From: Dehalococcoidia bacterium
Lineage (GTDB): Bacteria > Chloroflexota > Dehalococcoidia > Bin125
NCBI GenBank assembly: GCA_963662615.2
Contig: CAXXSR010000001.1
Location: forward strand, 1,856,001-1,920,000
DNA: 64,000 nucleotides
Reading direction: 5' to 3'
The notes below the pieces were generated by a model, which saw nothing but the letters and a program-made list of their open reading frames with translations, ran no database searches and was not told the origin of the DNA. This document shows, piece by piece, positions 8,948 to 19,374 of this stretch. The position numbers and the translations under genes were made by a program. Each line of letters starts with the position of its first letter. Within the stretch, counting starts at the first letter, position 1.

Positions 8948-10603
8948 TCAGACGGTGGCAAGATACTGCCAGAACATGGAGACGGCGGCATTGCCGTCGC
9001 CGGTTGCCGCCGCGACTCCGTGCTTCGTGCCGTTGCGTACGTCGCCCGCGGCGAAGATCCCCGGCACGTTCGTCTCCAGCAACAGCGGATCCCGTTTCAG
9101 CGGCCAGTGCAACGGGCGTTCGCCGTCCTTCACCAGATCAAGTCCGGTGAGGATGTGTCCGCTTTCCGTGCGCAGGACCAGGTCGGCCACGAAATCGCTC
9201 TGCGGTTTCTGGCCAATGAAGACGAAAATCGCCGCCGCCGGCACGGATCGGAGCTGCCCGCTCTGGTCGTTCTGCAAGACGACCTCGCGCAGCTTGTCCT
9301 CGCCGCGGGCCTCTACCAATTCCGTGTTGAAGAGCAGGGCAATCTTCTCGTCGGCCCGAATGGCGACGTCCAAATACTTGGACCACGTCGGCTCTGCCGC
9401 GCGGATCAGCACCGTGACCTGGCGCGCGTACTTGCTCAAGAACAGCATTCCCTGGGCCGCCGCGTTACCTGCGCCAATGACAATGACGTCCTCATCCCGG
9501 CAGTTGGCCGCCTCCGTGTGCGCCGCGCCGTAGTACACCCCTGCCCCATTCCACCGCTCGATGCCGGGCCGCTCCAGGAGCCGGAACCACGCGCCCGTCG
9601 CGATCAGCACGATCTTCGACGACAGCTCGGTGCCATCGGGCAGGGTGACGATCTTGATGTTGCCATCCGAGCGAAGGCCGGCGACCGCTTGCGCTGTGAG
9701 AATCTCGGCGCCGAAGCGCCTGGCCTGCGTCACCGCGCGGCGGGTGAGGTCGTTGCCCGAAATGCCGCTGGGAAAACCCAAGAAGTTCTCAATCTTGGGG
9801 CTGTTGCCTGCCTGGCCGCCGGGCGCGTGACGCTCGATCAAGAGCACGTTCAAGCCGTCGGCGCTGGCGTACACCGCCGCCGACAGCCCCCCCGGGCCGC
9901 TGCCAATGATGATCACGTCGTAGAACGGCAGTTCCGGCCGGGTCCGCAGGCCGGCCTTCTCGGCCACTTGCTGCAGGCTCGGCTGCACCAGGACGCTGCC
10001 GTCGGGAAAGAACAGCGTCGGCACCTTCAGCTCGCCGCCGGCGACCGACTCCAACAATCCCCGCGCCTCTTCATCACGTTCCACGTCCAGCCACCGATAC
10101 GGAATGGAGCTGCGCGCTAGAAAATCCTTTACCTCGTGAGACGCCGACGACCACATGTCGCCAACCACGCGGACGCCCTCAAACGGCAGCTCCACGTTGG
10201 ACTGCCACTCATCCAGCAAGCCGTCCAGGACCGGATAGAGGTGCTCCTCCGGCGGATCCCACGGTTTCAGCAGATAGTAGTCCAGGCCAACATTGTTGAT
10301 GGCGTTGATGGCGACGTCCTTGTCGGCGTAGGCCGTGAGAAGGACCGTGCGCGCGTCCGGGAAGAGCTGCGCCGCCTCCTTCAGAAACTCCACACCGGTC
10401 ATCTTCGGCATGCGCTGATCGACCACCAACAGGGCGACGGGCTCATTGCGCCGCTTGATCTCTCGCAGCGCATCGAGCGCCGCCGCACCGGATTCCGCCT
10501 TGACCAGGCGGTAGTCGCGGCCGTACTTCTGGCGCAGGTCACGCTCCACGGAGTTTAGGACCGCCAGATCGTCATCCACTGCAATGATGGTCGTCTTCGC
10601 CAT
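8948..10603 (-). CDS. Response-regulator receiver fused to thioredoxin-reductase-like FAD oxidoreductase
   Basis: REC motifs 'VDDD', 'DQRMP', 'LTAY', 'KPW'; then 'GSGPGG', 'GGQA', 'GAGNAA', 'ETNVPGIFAAGDV'; CxxC replaced by GAAHTE. Confidence 0.93.
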   Translation of the reverse strand: MAKTTIIAVDDDLAVLNSVERDLRQKYGRDYRLVKAESGAAALDALREIKRRNEPVALLVVDQRMPKMTGVEFLKEAAQLFPDARTVLLTAYADKDVAINAINNVGLDYYLLKPWDPPEEHLYPVLDGLLDEWQSNVELPFEGVRVVGDMWSSASHEVKDFLARSSIPYRWLDVERDEEARGLLESVAGGELKVPTLFFPDGSVLVQPSLQQVAEKAGLRTRPELPFYDVIIIGSGPGGLSAAVYASADGLNVLLIERHAPGGQAGNSPKIENFLGFPSGISGNDLTRRAVTQARRFGAEILTAQAVAGLRSDGNIKIVTLPDGTELSSKIVLIATGAWFRLLERPGIERWNGAGVYYGAAHTEAANCRDEDVIVIGAGNAAAQGMLFLSKYARQVTVLIRAAEPTWSKYLDVAIRADEKIALLFNTELVEARGEDKLREVVLQNDQSGQLRSVPAAAIFVFIGQKPQSDFVADLVLRTESGHILTGLDLVKDGERPLHWPLKRDPLLLETNVPGIFAAGDVRNGTKHGVAAATGDGNAAVSMFWQYLATV

Positions 10604-10769
10604 TTACACCGCACCTACGGATTGAACCCGGCGCCCGTGCCCCAGATTCCTCGGCGGCTTCCTCCGCCCGGAAGTGCGCTCCCTACGAGTTGCCCGCCGT
10701 CGCTCTTCCTCATCGTTTCCGCTCTCTCACCGCGATACGCCGGCGGGCGGGCCGCCGACGCCGCGTCCC

Positions 10770-13335
10770 CTATCCGGCGGCGCGCTGCGCCGGCTCCTCG
10801 GCGCCCGTGGCGGGCACTCGCGTGAGGGGCAGGCGCACCCAGAATCGCGTATCCCCCGGCTCCGAGCGGAACCCGATCTCGCCATGACAGCGGTCCCGGA
10901 CGATCCGCCGGGCGACGTCCAGGCCCAGCCCGCTCCCCTTCCCCACCTCCTTGGTCGTGAAGAACGGGTCAAAGACCTGAGGCTGAATCTCGGGCGCGAT
11001 GCCGCTGCCATTATCGCCGATCTCTACGACCACCCAGTCGTCCGACCGGAACGTGCGTACGCGAACCTGCCCGTCGGGGCCGGCCGCGTCGATCGCGTTA
11101 TCGATCAAGTTCGTCCATACCTGATTGAGCTCGCCGGCCGGAACGAGCAGCGAAGGCAGACTCCGATCGGATGCGCGCACAAGCTCGGTGCCCGCCTTGA
11201 GCTTGTGCGCCAAGATCCGCAACGTGCTTTCAAGGCCCTCGTGGACGTCCACCTCTTGTTCACGGGCCCGATCCATGGACGAGTAGCTTTTCACCGCCCC
11301 CACCAGCTCGGAGATGCTCGTGGTACTGACCGCAATCGTCTCCACCAGTTCATGAGCGCCCACCGACTGGCTCACCCACGCCAGCGCGTCCTGCCGGGCG
11401 GCAGCGGGGAGTTCCGACACGACCGCTTCCAGCCGTTCCATGCCCGCCGCCGCCAACGCCGGGGCCAGCGCCCACCCCTCGTCGATCCCCTGCGCGCTCA
11501 GCCAAGCAGCGACGGCCTCTTCACGATCGGCGCGCTCCAGGGGGCTGAGACCGCTCCCGCCTGCGGCGGCTGCGAGGATCTGCGCGCTCATGTCGCGGAG
11601 ACGAGCCCACTGCGCGTCGTCCAGGCCCAGCCCGCCCAGACGGACGGCTAATCGCTCCAGCTCCTCCAATCGCGCCTGTAGCTGTGCGGCGCTGCGCTGG
11701 GCGGCGGCCGCGGGGTTGTTAAGCTCGTGAGCCAGCCCGGCGGAGAGCTTGCCCAGGGCGGCCAACTTCTCGGCCTGCCGCAGATCTTCCTCCGCCCGCT
11801 TGCGCTCGCTCACGTCCACGAAGGTGACCACGCACCCCACCAACTCCCCCTCGCGCTCCACCGGGTACGACCAATACTCCGCCGGAAAGCTCGACCCATC
11901 CGCGCACCACATCACTTCGTCGTCGACGTGCGTCCCCTCGAACTCCCGAAACGCTCGGTAGATGCGGCACTCCTCCACCGGGTACGGTGCGCCGTTCGCG
12001 CGCGTGTGGTGCACCAGCGCGTGCATGTTCCGCCCCTGAAGCTCGCCGTCCCCCTTGAAGCCCAGCAGCTTCAGGCCGGCCGCATTCGCGAACGTGCAAC
12101 TCCCCTCCAGATCGATCCCGTAGATCCCCTCGCCCGTCGAGTTCAGCAGCGAACGGACCAGATCCTCGCTCTGGCGCAGCTCCTCGGCGCGCCGCTCGGC
12201 CTGGAGGTAGAGCTGCCGGTTCGCCTCGGTGCGCTCCTCCACCCGCCGCTCCAAGTCGATGTAGGACTCCTGCAGGGCATGGGTCATCGTGTCGAACTCC
12301 GTCGCCAGTCCCCGGAGCTCGTAATCGGTATCCGCCTCGATGCCGTGCTCGAAGTCTCCCCTGCCAACACGCTGGGCCGCGCGAGTCAGGCGCCGGATCG
12401 GTTCCAGGGCCCGCCCTACCGCAAAAAAGACGAAGCCGCCCGACACGATGCCGCCGATCACCAGCAAGATCAGGAGCAGCCGGCTGCGGTCGCGCACGGG
12501 CCCCACAATGTTGTCCCACGGCTCTTGGGTCACGACGCCCCAACTCGTGCCGGGCACGGGGGCGAATCCGGACACCACGCGCTCGCCGGTCACATCATCG
12601 GTGAGGAGCGCGTCCGTTCTCCCGGCGACCACCTCAGCCACCGGCGGCGAGGCGGTCAGGTCCGTGCCTAAGAGAGATGAGGTCGCGGTGGTGGATCGCC
12701 CGCCCATTGCCATCCACCAAGTAGGCGAAACCGCTGCGACCTGCCTTCAGCTCGAGGACCTCCGTGAAGAGGGCCCCCAGCAGCGAGAATCGCAACGTCG
12801 ACATGCCCGCCAACGTGCCCTCCATCGCACCATCGGCTCCCAGAATCGGGACGGCGACGACGATCACGTCTTCGCCGCTGATCGGGTCGTGAAGAATATT
12901 CGAGAAGGCCGGCCGCAGCGTGCGACCGATCTCATCGGCGATCCGATCGTCGGGCAGGCGCGTTCCCTCTCGCGGCGAATCGGGGGCATCCGACCAAATG
13001 GCGACGCCGCCGCGGTCGTAGATCACGACCCCCGCGTCGAAGACGAACAGCGGCGGGAGATCTGCTTCCAACGCCGTGCCAAGAGCGGCCGGCGCAAGGG
13101 GACGGCCGCCGATCTCGGTGGCGATCCCTTGCAGGACCGCTGCCTGCTCCTGCAGTCCGTCCGACAGCCGGGCGGCGGAGATGCGCGCGAGTTCGGAATC
13201 TCGCTGGGTGGCGGTGTCCCGCGCGGTGCTCTCGAGGGCTGACAGGCCAACGGTCGCGACGATCGTGAGGACCACCGCCATGGGGATGAGAGCGGCCAGA
13301 ACGCTCTTGACGCGCAGACTCTTTAGCAGAAACAC
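10770..13335 (-). pseudogene. Cache-HAMP-PAS sensor histidine kinase with frameshift near 12680
   Basis: ORF 12634-13335 (TM + Cache, 'AYLVDGNG..HHRD') continues in another frame as 'SSLLGTDL..' (ORF 10770-12713: TM, HAMP, PAS, H-box 'AHELNNP', N/G boxes). Confidence 0.8.
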
Positions 13336-13369
13336 GCCCGGTCGCCCTTGCTAACGCTGAGGCCCCGCT

Positions 13370-14431
13370 CTACCCCCTCGTGAGCTCTGCAGCCTCCAGC
13401 GCGATCTGAATCTCCTCGTGCGCTTCCGGCGTCACCCACAGTCGCCATCGCTCTTCGTAGTTGCGGAGGTAGAAGACACCTGCCTCCTCCCAGCCCTCGA
13501 TCATCTGCTCCTTGGCCCAGACCAACGTCTGGTTTAGTGGCTCCAGACCCACGTCCATCTTTTGCACCATCTCGAAGACGTCGGAGGCCTTCCCCTCCAA
13601 CCCGGAGTAGGCAAGCGCATCGATGGGGAGCGTGGCGTAGGCGCAGGCCTGGTCCGGCGCCGGGCTGGCGGCGTTCGCCGCGGCGACGACCTGCTGGTAG
13701 CAATCGGCGTCGTAGGTGGGCTCCTCCAGCACGTACCAGTCGTAGGCGGCGATGTAGGGGGAAGGAGACCAGTAGTACCCAAAGATGGGCTCGCCGCGCT
13801 CCTGCGCCCGGGCGAACGTTTCCTCCAGACCGGCATAGGAAGCCGGGGAGACCGGGTTGTAGTAGCGCGCGAGACCATACACCTCCAGCTTAACTTTGTT
13901 CACGTCCGCACATTGCGACCCGATGATGCAATTGAAGAACACGCCCTTGGACGGGTCCTGGGGGTCCCTGAAAAGCTCCCAGTGATCTTGCATATCGAAG
14001 ATCGTGCGAATCTCATACTGCTCCGCGACCCATTGCGGGATGATGAACACCTGAGCGCTGCCCTCATAAGTCGTACCCAAGTTGACGATCGTTCCCTTGG
14101 CGATCTCATCGCGATACCAGTCCGGGATGTTGTGCTGCCAGCCTTCCAGGTTCAGGTCGATCTCGCCCTGGGGAAGCCGCTCCTCCATCACGAAGGTCGT
14201 CGCCACCACCGCTTCCACCGGGTATCCGTACCCGTTCTCGATTATGAACGTGGCGATCGCGTTGTTGATCCAGAGCGTCTCCCACTGCCCGTCGTAGATG
14301 CGGATGATGGGCTTCTCACCGTCGCCCCCGCATCCGGCAGCCAACCAGGCGACGGCCAGGGCGAGCGTGCCGACGGCGAGCCGGCGACGGAGTCCATGCG
14401 AAGTGCCCTTCGGCCGAGTCCCCTCGCTCAT
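13370..14431 (-). CDS. Glycine betaine/proline ABC-type substrate-binding lipoprotein (ProX/OpuAC-like)
   Basis: Lipobox LAAGC; 'W.T..INNAIA..IIE.GYGYPVE', 'GEIDL.LEGW', 'GYYWSP'. Confidence 0.88.
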   Translation of the reverse strand: MSEGTRPKGTSHGLRRRLAVGTLALAVAWLAAGCGGDGEKPIIRIYDGQWETLWINNAIATFIIENGYGYPVEAVVATTFVMEERLPQGEIDLNLEGWQHNIPDWYRDEIAKGTIVNLGTTYEGSAQVFIIPQWVAEQYEIRTIFDMQDHWELFRDPQDPSKGVFFNCIIGSQCADVNKVKLEVYGLARYYNPVSPASYAGLEETFARAQERGEPIFGYYWSPSPYIAAYDWYVLEEPTYDADCYQQVVAAANAASPAPDQACAYATLPIDALAYSGLEGKASDVFEMVQKMDVGLEPLNQTLVWAKEQMIEGWEEAGVFYLRNYEERWRLWVTPEAHEEIQIALEAAELTRG

Positions 14432-14726
14432 GGCAGAGTCCCCCGCTCGCAGCGCCAGTGTGGCACAGGCGTGCCAGCCCGTCACCGAGGACGGGGAGCA
14501 CGCTCGATCGTCCCTTTGGGGGAGGCCCGCTCCGTCCGACGGCCGAGCACCGCCATTCACCATGCTGCCGCTGCGAGTTCACGCAAACGAGCGATGGCAA
14601 ACAGCGCTCCCGGTGCAATACGGAAACCGGCAACGACGGGCCTTGGCGGACTGGTCGCTCGCCCAAGGCCGTCGCACGACCGGCACACCAGATTGGTCCA
14701 GGAAGGATTCGCCGGCCGCTGCGCCT

Positions 14727-16349
14727 CTAGGCGACGTCGTACACGGCCAAGCGGCCGCGTTCCAGGGCGTCGCCCATCGCCTCCTGGATCGAGGCGAGCA
14801 CGTCCAGATCCCATTCGGCCACGAACGTGATGGCGCTCCCGGCCTGGCCCGCGCGACCGGTGCGGCCAATGCGGTGGACGTACTCATCCACGTTCTGGGG
14901 GAGGTCGAAGTTCACTACGTGCGTGACGTCCGGGATGTCGAGACCACGGGACGCCACGTTGGTGGCGACGAGGATCTGCAACTCGCCGCTGCGGAAGCGC
15001 TGCATCACCCGATCGCGCTTGCGCTGATCAAGGTCGCCGTGCGTCGCCTCGGCGGCGATCCCCCGCTCCTGCAGCCGGCGCACGAGCCGGTCCACGATGA
15101 CCTTCATGTTGCAGAAGATGAGCGTGCGCCCCTCCATATCGCCCATCAGCTCCATCAGCGCGTCCAGTTTGTCCCGTTCGGCAACTTCGTAATAACGCTG
15201 ACGGATGGCGGGGATGGTGCGCTCCTCCGGACGGATCTCGATATGCACCGGATCGCGCATGTAGCGCCAGATGATCGACTTAATCGCGGTGGGGATGGTG
15301 GCCGAGTAGAGAGCCGTCTGCCGATCGTTAGGGCAGCGGCTGAGGATGCGGCGGATGTCCGGCTCGAAGCCAATATCGAGCATGCGGTCCGCCTCGTCTA
15401 GAACGGCGATACGCACGCGCCGCAGGTTCAGCGTCCCGCGCCCCAGGTGGTCAATGATCCGGCCCGGCGTCCCTACCACGATCTGCGGACTCAGCGCCAA
15501 GGCGGCAAAGTCCTGATCCAAGCGGCGCCCGCCCATCAGCGCGACGGCGCTCATACCTCGCGCCCGGGCGAGGAAGGCGAACACGCTGTGCACCTGCTGC
15601 GCCAGCTCGCGCGTCGGCACCAGAATAATCGCCTGAACCTCCGGCCGGCCCGGATCCAGCCGCTCCATGATGGGCAGGCCAAAGGCGAGCGTCTTCCCCG
15701 TGCCGGTCTGCGCCTGGCCAACGAGGTCGCGGCCCGCGAGCAGCTCGGGAATCGCCTGCTCCTGAATCGGCGTCGGCTCCATCAGCCCCATCGCTGCCAG
15801 CACCGCCAGGCTCCGCTCATCCAAGCCCAGGTCGCGGAAGCCCGACGGATAATCCGCGGCATCCACCCCATCCACGACGTCCAGATCGGGCAACAGGTAG
15901 CCGCCGGCCACGAGCGCCGCGGCCGCCGCTGCGCTCCGCTGCTTCTCCCCGCCACCGCGACCGCCACCGCCGCGACGCTCCCGCGCCGCCCCACGCTTCG
16001 AGCCCCCGCTTCGATCGGCTCGCCCCTTCGGTTCGCCCACAACGGGCGGCTCGCCGGCAACGGGGCCACTGCTGGGGTCAACGCTGGGACCACCGCTGGG
16101 ACCACCGCCGCTGCGACGCCGCCCACGGCCACCACGGCGTCGGCGCCGGCCGCTGCGGCCGGGCGCGGCCGCGACACCCTCCACAGGGACCGCAGCGGCC
16201 TCCACGGGGACCGCAGCGCCCTCCACGGGGACCGCAGCGGCCTCCACGGGGACCGCAGCGTCGCTGCGGGTCGCAGCGGCGGAGCCGTCTGCAGGGGCGC
16301 TCTCGGGGCGCGCCTTCATCCTCTGGAAAATACGGTCGGTGAGTCCCAA
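14727..16349 (-). CDS. DEAD-box RNA helicase with disordered N-terminus
   Basis: Q motif PTPIQ, AQTGTGKT, PTRELA, TPGR, DEAD, SAT, RGLD, HRIGRTGRAG. Start uncertain. Confidence 0.95.
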   Translation of the reverse strand: MGLTDRIFQRMKARPESAPADGSAAATRSDAAVPVEAAAVPVEGAAVPVEAAAVPVEGVAAAPGRSGRRRRRGGRGRRRSGGGPSGGPSVDPSSGPVAGEPPVVGEPKGRADRSGGSKRGAARERRGGGGRGGGEKQRSAAAAAALVAGGYLLPDLDVVDGVDAADYPSGFRDLGLDERSLAVLAAMGLMEPTPIQEQAIPELLAGRDLVGQAQTGTGKTLAFGLPIMERLDPGRPEVQAIILVPTRELAQQVHSVFAFLARARGMSAVALMGGRRLDQDFAALALSPQIVVGTPGRIIDHLGRGTLNLRRVRIAVLDEADRMLDIGFEPDIRRILSRCPNDRQTALYSATIPTAIKSIIWRYMRDPVHIEIRPEERTIPAIRQRYYEVAERDKLDALMELMGDMEGRTLIFCNMKVIVDRLVRRLQERGIAAEATHGDLDQRKRDRVMQRFRSGELQILVATNVASRGLDIPDVTHVVNFDLPQNVDEYVHRIGRTGRAGQAGSAITFVAEWDLDVLASIQEAMGDALERGRLAVYDVA

Positions 16350-16464
16350 AACTTGCCGTTCGCTCCGCGACGCTGCAACTACGCGGTCAGCGGAGAACCG
16401 TTCGTCTGATACAAGGGTAGCATCAGCGTCCGCAACCGGCCAGGTCGCGGGCAGCGTCGGCAGG

Positions 16465-17736
16465 CTACGTCCCGGCGCCCGGCGCTGCCGCGTCGGCGGC
16501 CGCCAACAGGCTCTCCGCAAGGATCGCCAGCCCCCGCTCCAGCGCCTCGTCGCTGATCGTCAGGGGCGGCAGCAGCTTCACCACGTCGTTGTCGGGCCCG
16601 GAAGTCTCCAGCATGAGCCCGCGCTCAAAGGCGGCCCGGCACGTCGCTTCCGCCAGACCGGGGACGGCGCTGTGCAGTCCCTGGAACAGCCCCCGGCCGC
16701 GCGGCGTCGCCCGCGCTGCTTCCTGACCTTCGGCGATCTCCGCCAGAAACGCCCCCACTCGCTTCGCTTTGGCCCGCACGGCATTCTCCAGTTCGTCCGT
16801 CTGCCAATAGCGGAGCGCCTCGGCGCCCGTCACGAAGGCGGCGTTATTGCCCCGAAAGGTGCCGCTGTGTTCGCCGCGATCCCAGACGTCGAGTTCGCGT
16901 TTGAATATGGTCAGTGCCAGCGGCAGCCCGTAGCCGCTGATCGACTTGGAGATACAGACGATATCTGGCACGATCGCGGCCGGCTCAAAGCTGAAGAACG
17001 TGCCGGTGCGACCGCAGCCCGCCTGGATGTCGTCCACAATCAGCAGGACGGCGTGCGCGGCGCAGAGGTCGGCGAGTTGGCGCAGCCATTCGGGGCTGGC
17101 GGCGTGCAGGCCGCCCTCCCCTTGCACGGTCTCCACAATGATGGCGGCCGGCGCCCGATCTTCTCGCTCCGCCAGCCCCAGCGTCGCCTCAATAACGCCG
17201 ATCGAGTCCGCGTTCATCTCCGTTCCGTCGTCGTACGGCAGCGGCGCCACTGGCGATCGCGCCACGCCGGGAGCGCTCCGTCGCTGCTGATTGCCGCCCA
17301 CGGCCATTGCGCCCAGCGTCATGCCATGGAAGGCGTTGGCAAAGCCGTAGATCGGCTCCCGGCCGGTCGCCTTCCGCGCCAGCTTCAGCGCGGCCTCCAC
17401 GGCGTTGGTGCCCGTGGGACCGGGAAACTGAACCTTGTAGTCGTACCCGCGCGGACCCAAGATGATCGAGTCGAAGCGCTCCAGAAAAGTGCGTTTCGCG
17501 GCCGTCGCCATGTCGAGCCCGTGGATCAGCCCGTCGGCCTCCAGGTACTCCACCAGGCGACGCTTCATGGCGGGATCGTTATGGCCGTAGTTCAGGCTCC
17601 CCGCGCCACTGAAAAAATCGATGTACCGCTTGCCGGCCTCGTCCACCAGCGTCTCGCCCTGGGCGGCAACGAAGACCGTCGGCCACAAGCGCGAGTAGCT
17701 GCGCACTTCCGACTCGAGCCGCTCGAAGATGTCCAT
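16465..17736 (-). CDS. ectB: Diaminobutyrate-2-oxoglutarate transaminase
   Basis: 'MDIFERLESEVRSYSR', 'FFSGAGSLNYGHN', 'QFPGPTGTNAVEAALK', 'DDIQAGCGRTG', 'SKS', 'GEHSGTFRGN'. Confidence 0.92.
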   Translation of the reverse strand: MDIFERLESEVRSYSRLWPTVFVAAQGETLVDEAGKRYIDFFSGAGSLNYGHNDPAMKRRLVEYLEADGLIHGLDMATAAKRTFLERFDSIILGPRGYDYKVQFPGPTGTNAVEAALKLARKATGREPIYGFANAFHGMTLGAMAVGGNQQRRSAPGVARSPVAPLPYDDGTEMNADSIGVIEATLGLAEREDRAPAAIIVETVQGEGGLHAASPEWLRQLADLCAAHAVLLIVDDIQAGCGRTGTFFSFEPAAIVPDIVCISKSISGYGLPLALTIFKRELDVWDRGEHSGTFRGNNAAFVTGAEALRYWQTDELENAVRAKAKRVGAFLAEIAEGQEAARATPRGRGLFQGLHSAVPGLAEATCRAAFERGLMLETSGPDNDVVKLLPPLTISDEALERGLAILAESLLAAADAAAPGAGT

Positions 17737-18055
17737 CGGACTGACCTTGGCGCCGCCCTCCCCACTGGGCGACCGGCTCATGCCCGGAAGCTCGTGCCCC
17801 TTGAGGAGGGGGCGGCCACCATCGTACCCTCCGCGCGCCCCATCTTCTCCGCTTGCGAAAATGCCTCACCGCTCGCAGGTTTGCCTCTCGCTTGCGGAAT
17901 CCAACGCCGGGTCGTCCGCCTTTCTGGCGCACACGCGGCTATGAACGCTCTCACGATTGCCCGCACGGAGGCCCCGGCGGCTACACTGACCCTCCGGCGG
18001 TCAGTCCGCTGCCCGGGTCGCGCATCGGCGTTCCGCCGGACACCGTGAGGCACGA

Positions 18056-18134
18056 CAGCCGCACGGCCGCGAGCAGCCGCACGGCCGCGAGCAGCCGCAC
18101 GGCCGCGAGCAGCCGCACGGCCGCGAGCAGCCGC
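18056..18134. repeat. 18-bp tandem repeat x4.4 (cagccgcacggccgcgag)
   Basis: Perfect repeats directly upstream of the RBS of ORF 18152. Confidence 0.95.
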
Positions 18135-18151
18135 CGGCAAGGAGAGCAACC

Positions 18152-18958
18152 ATGGAAAAGAGCAAGACCGTGATTGCGGCCGGCGTCGTGGACTTCGCGC
18201 TGGACTACCGACAGGACATCCCCGACGACCAGGGCCTCTCCATCCAAGTCTACGCCGGCGACGACGACCGCAAGACCGAGATCTTGCGCATCGACTGCTT
18301 CGACCAAGACCCGCACTACCACTACGGGCCGGAACGGGAACGGGTGCGGCTTCCCCTCGACACCACTGCCGAAGGCAACGCCCTCGGCTGGGCGCTCCGC
18401 AACTTCCGCAGCAACCTGCCGGCAATGATTCGCCGCGCCGGATACCCGGACATCGCCACTGCCGTGGAAGCGCAGCCGGTCTCGCCATCCACCTTCGACG
18501 CCGTCGAGGCCAAGGCGCGCGAGTTGGCGCGCACGGGCCGTCGCGCCGTCATCCACGAGCGCGGCGATTTCATCTTCGAGGCCGGCAACGTCCGCTTCGG
18601 CCTGGAGTTCCGCGAACTCTCCGGCGACCGCGGCCTCGCCATTCACGTCCTCACCGACACCCTTGGCCAAGAGGTCGAGGTGCTCGCCTTCGACTGCTTT
18701 GAGAACCAGCCGCACTACCACTACGGGCCGCGCGAACAAGACGTGCGCATCTTCTGGGACAAGACCACCGCGGGCGATACGGTCCGCTGGACCTTCGATC
18801 GATTCAAGCAGGGACGGCTCAAGGCCATGATCGAGCGGGCCGGCTACCCCACCGTTGCCCGCGCCCTGGACGAAGCGCTCATCCAGTCGCTGTTGCCAAC
18901 GGTGGAAGCCAAGGCCCTGGCGCTCGTCGCGGACCACGCCCAACCCCCCTCGTCCTGA
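18152..18958 (+). CDS. Uncharacterised protein with two tandem DCF-x3-PHYHYGP domains
   Basis: AAGGAG RBS; halves 'EILRIDCFDQDPHYHYGP..LPAMIRRAGYP' and 'EVLAFDCFENQPHYHYGP..LKAMIERAGYP'. Confidence 0.85.
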   Translation: MEKSKTVIAAGVVDFALDYRQDIPDDQGLSIQVYAGDDDRKTEILRIDCFDQDPHYHYGPERERVRLPLDTTAEGNALGWALRNFRSNLPAMIRRAGYPDIATAVEAQPVSPSTFDAVEAKARELARTGRRAVIHERGDFIFEAGNVRFGLEFRELSGDRGLAIHVLTDTLGQEVEVLAFDCFENQPHYHYGPREQDVRIFWDKTTAGDTVRWTFDRFKQGRLKAMIERAGYPTVARALDEALIQSLLPTVEAKALALVADHAQPPSS

Positions 18959-19037
18959 CCGGTCCTTCCCTCCTGGGAAGGAGCCTGCCGCAGGTCCTTC
19001 TGCGACCGCAGGGAGCGGAAGGATCGAAGGGCGAACG
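18950..19037 (+). repeat. Palindromic repeat family A with both inserted hairpins
   Basis: cgtcctga-ccggtccttccctcctgggaagga-gcctgccg-caggtccttctgcgaccgcagggagcg-gaaggatcgaagggcgaacg. Confidence 0.85.
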
Positions 19038-19045
19038 CTCCCAAT

Positions 19046-19374
19046 ACCGCCCAGATCATCCACCCTAAGCGCGAGCGGCCACCAATGCGGCGAGAGCCCG
19101 GATGACCTGCGAGCGCGCGTCAAAAAAACCGCCCCGATCATCAACCCTCGGCGCGAGCGGCCACCAACGCGGCGCACCCGGACCAGCTGCGAGCGCGCGT
19201 CAAAAAAACCGCCCCGATCATCGACCCCCGGCGCGAGCGGCCACCAACGCGGCGCACATTCGGACCAGCTGCGAGCGCGCGTCAAAAAAACCGCCCCGAT
19301 CATCGACCCCCGGCGCGAGCGGCCACCAACGCGGCGCACATTCAGACCCGCTGCGAGCGCGCGTCAAAAAACCG
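19046..19374 (+). repeat. Tandem array of four 80-82-bp units (family B)
   Basis: Units start at 19046, 19128, 19208 and 19290; core ggcgcgagcggccaccaacgc..ctgcgagcgcgcgtcaaaaaa. Confidence 0.95.

Noticed and set aside
16339-18048. Long antisense/shadow ORFs (e.g. 16339-18048, 4577-5818, 34691-35941, 46523-48058)
   Set aside because: They overlap well-supported genes on the opposite strand, have no motifs, and are expected at high GC.
19046-19374. Possible CRISPR array
   Set aside because: Units are near-identical along their whole length with no unique spacers, and no cas genes are present in the window.
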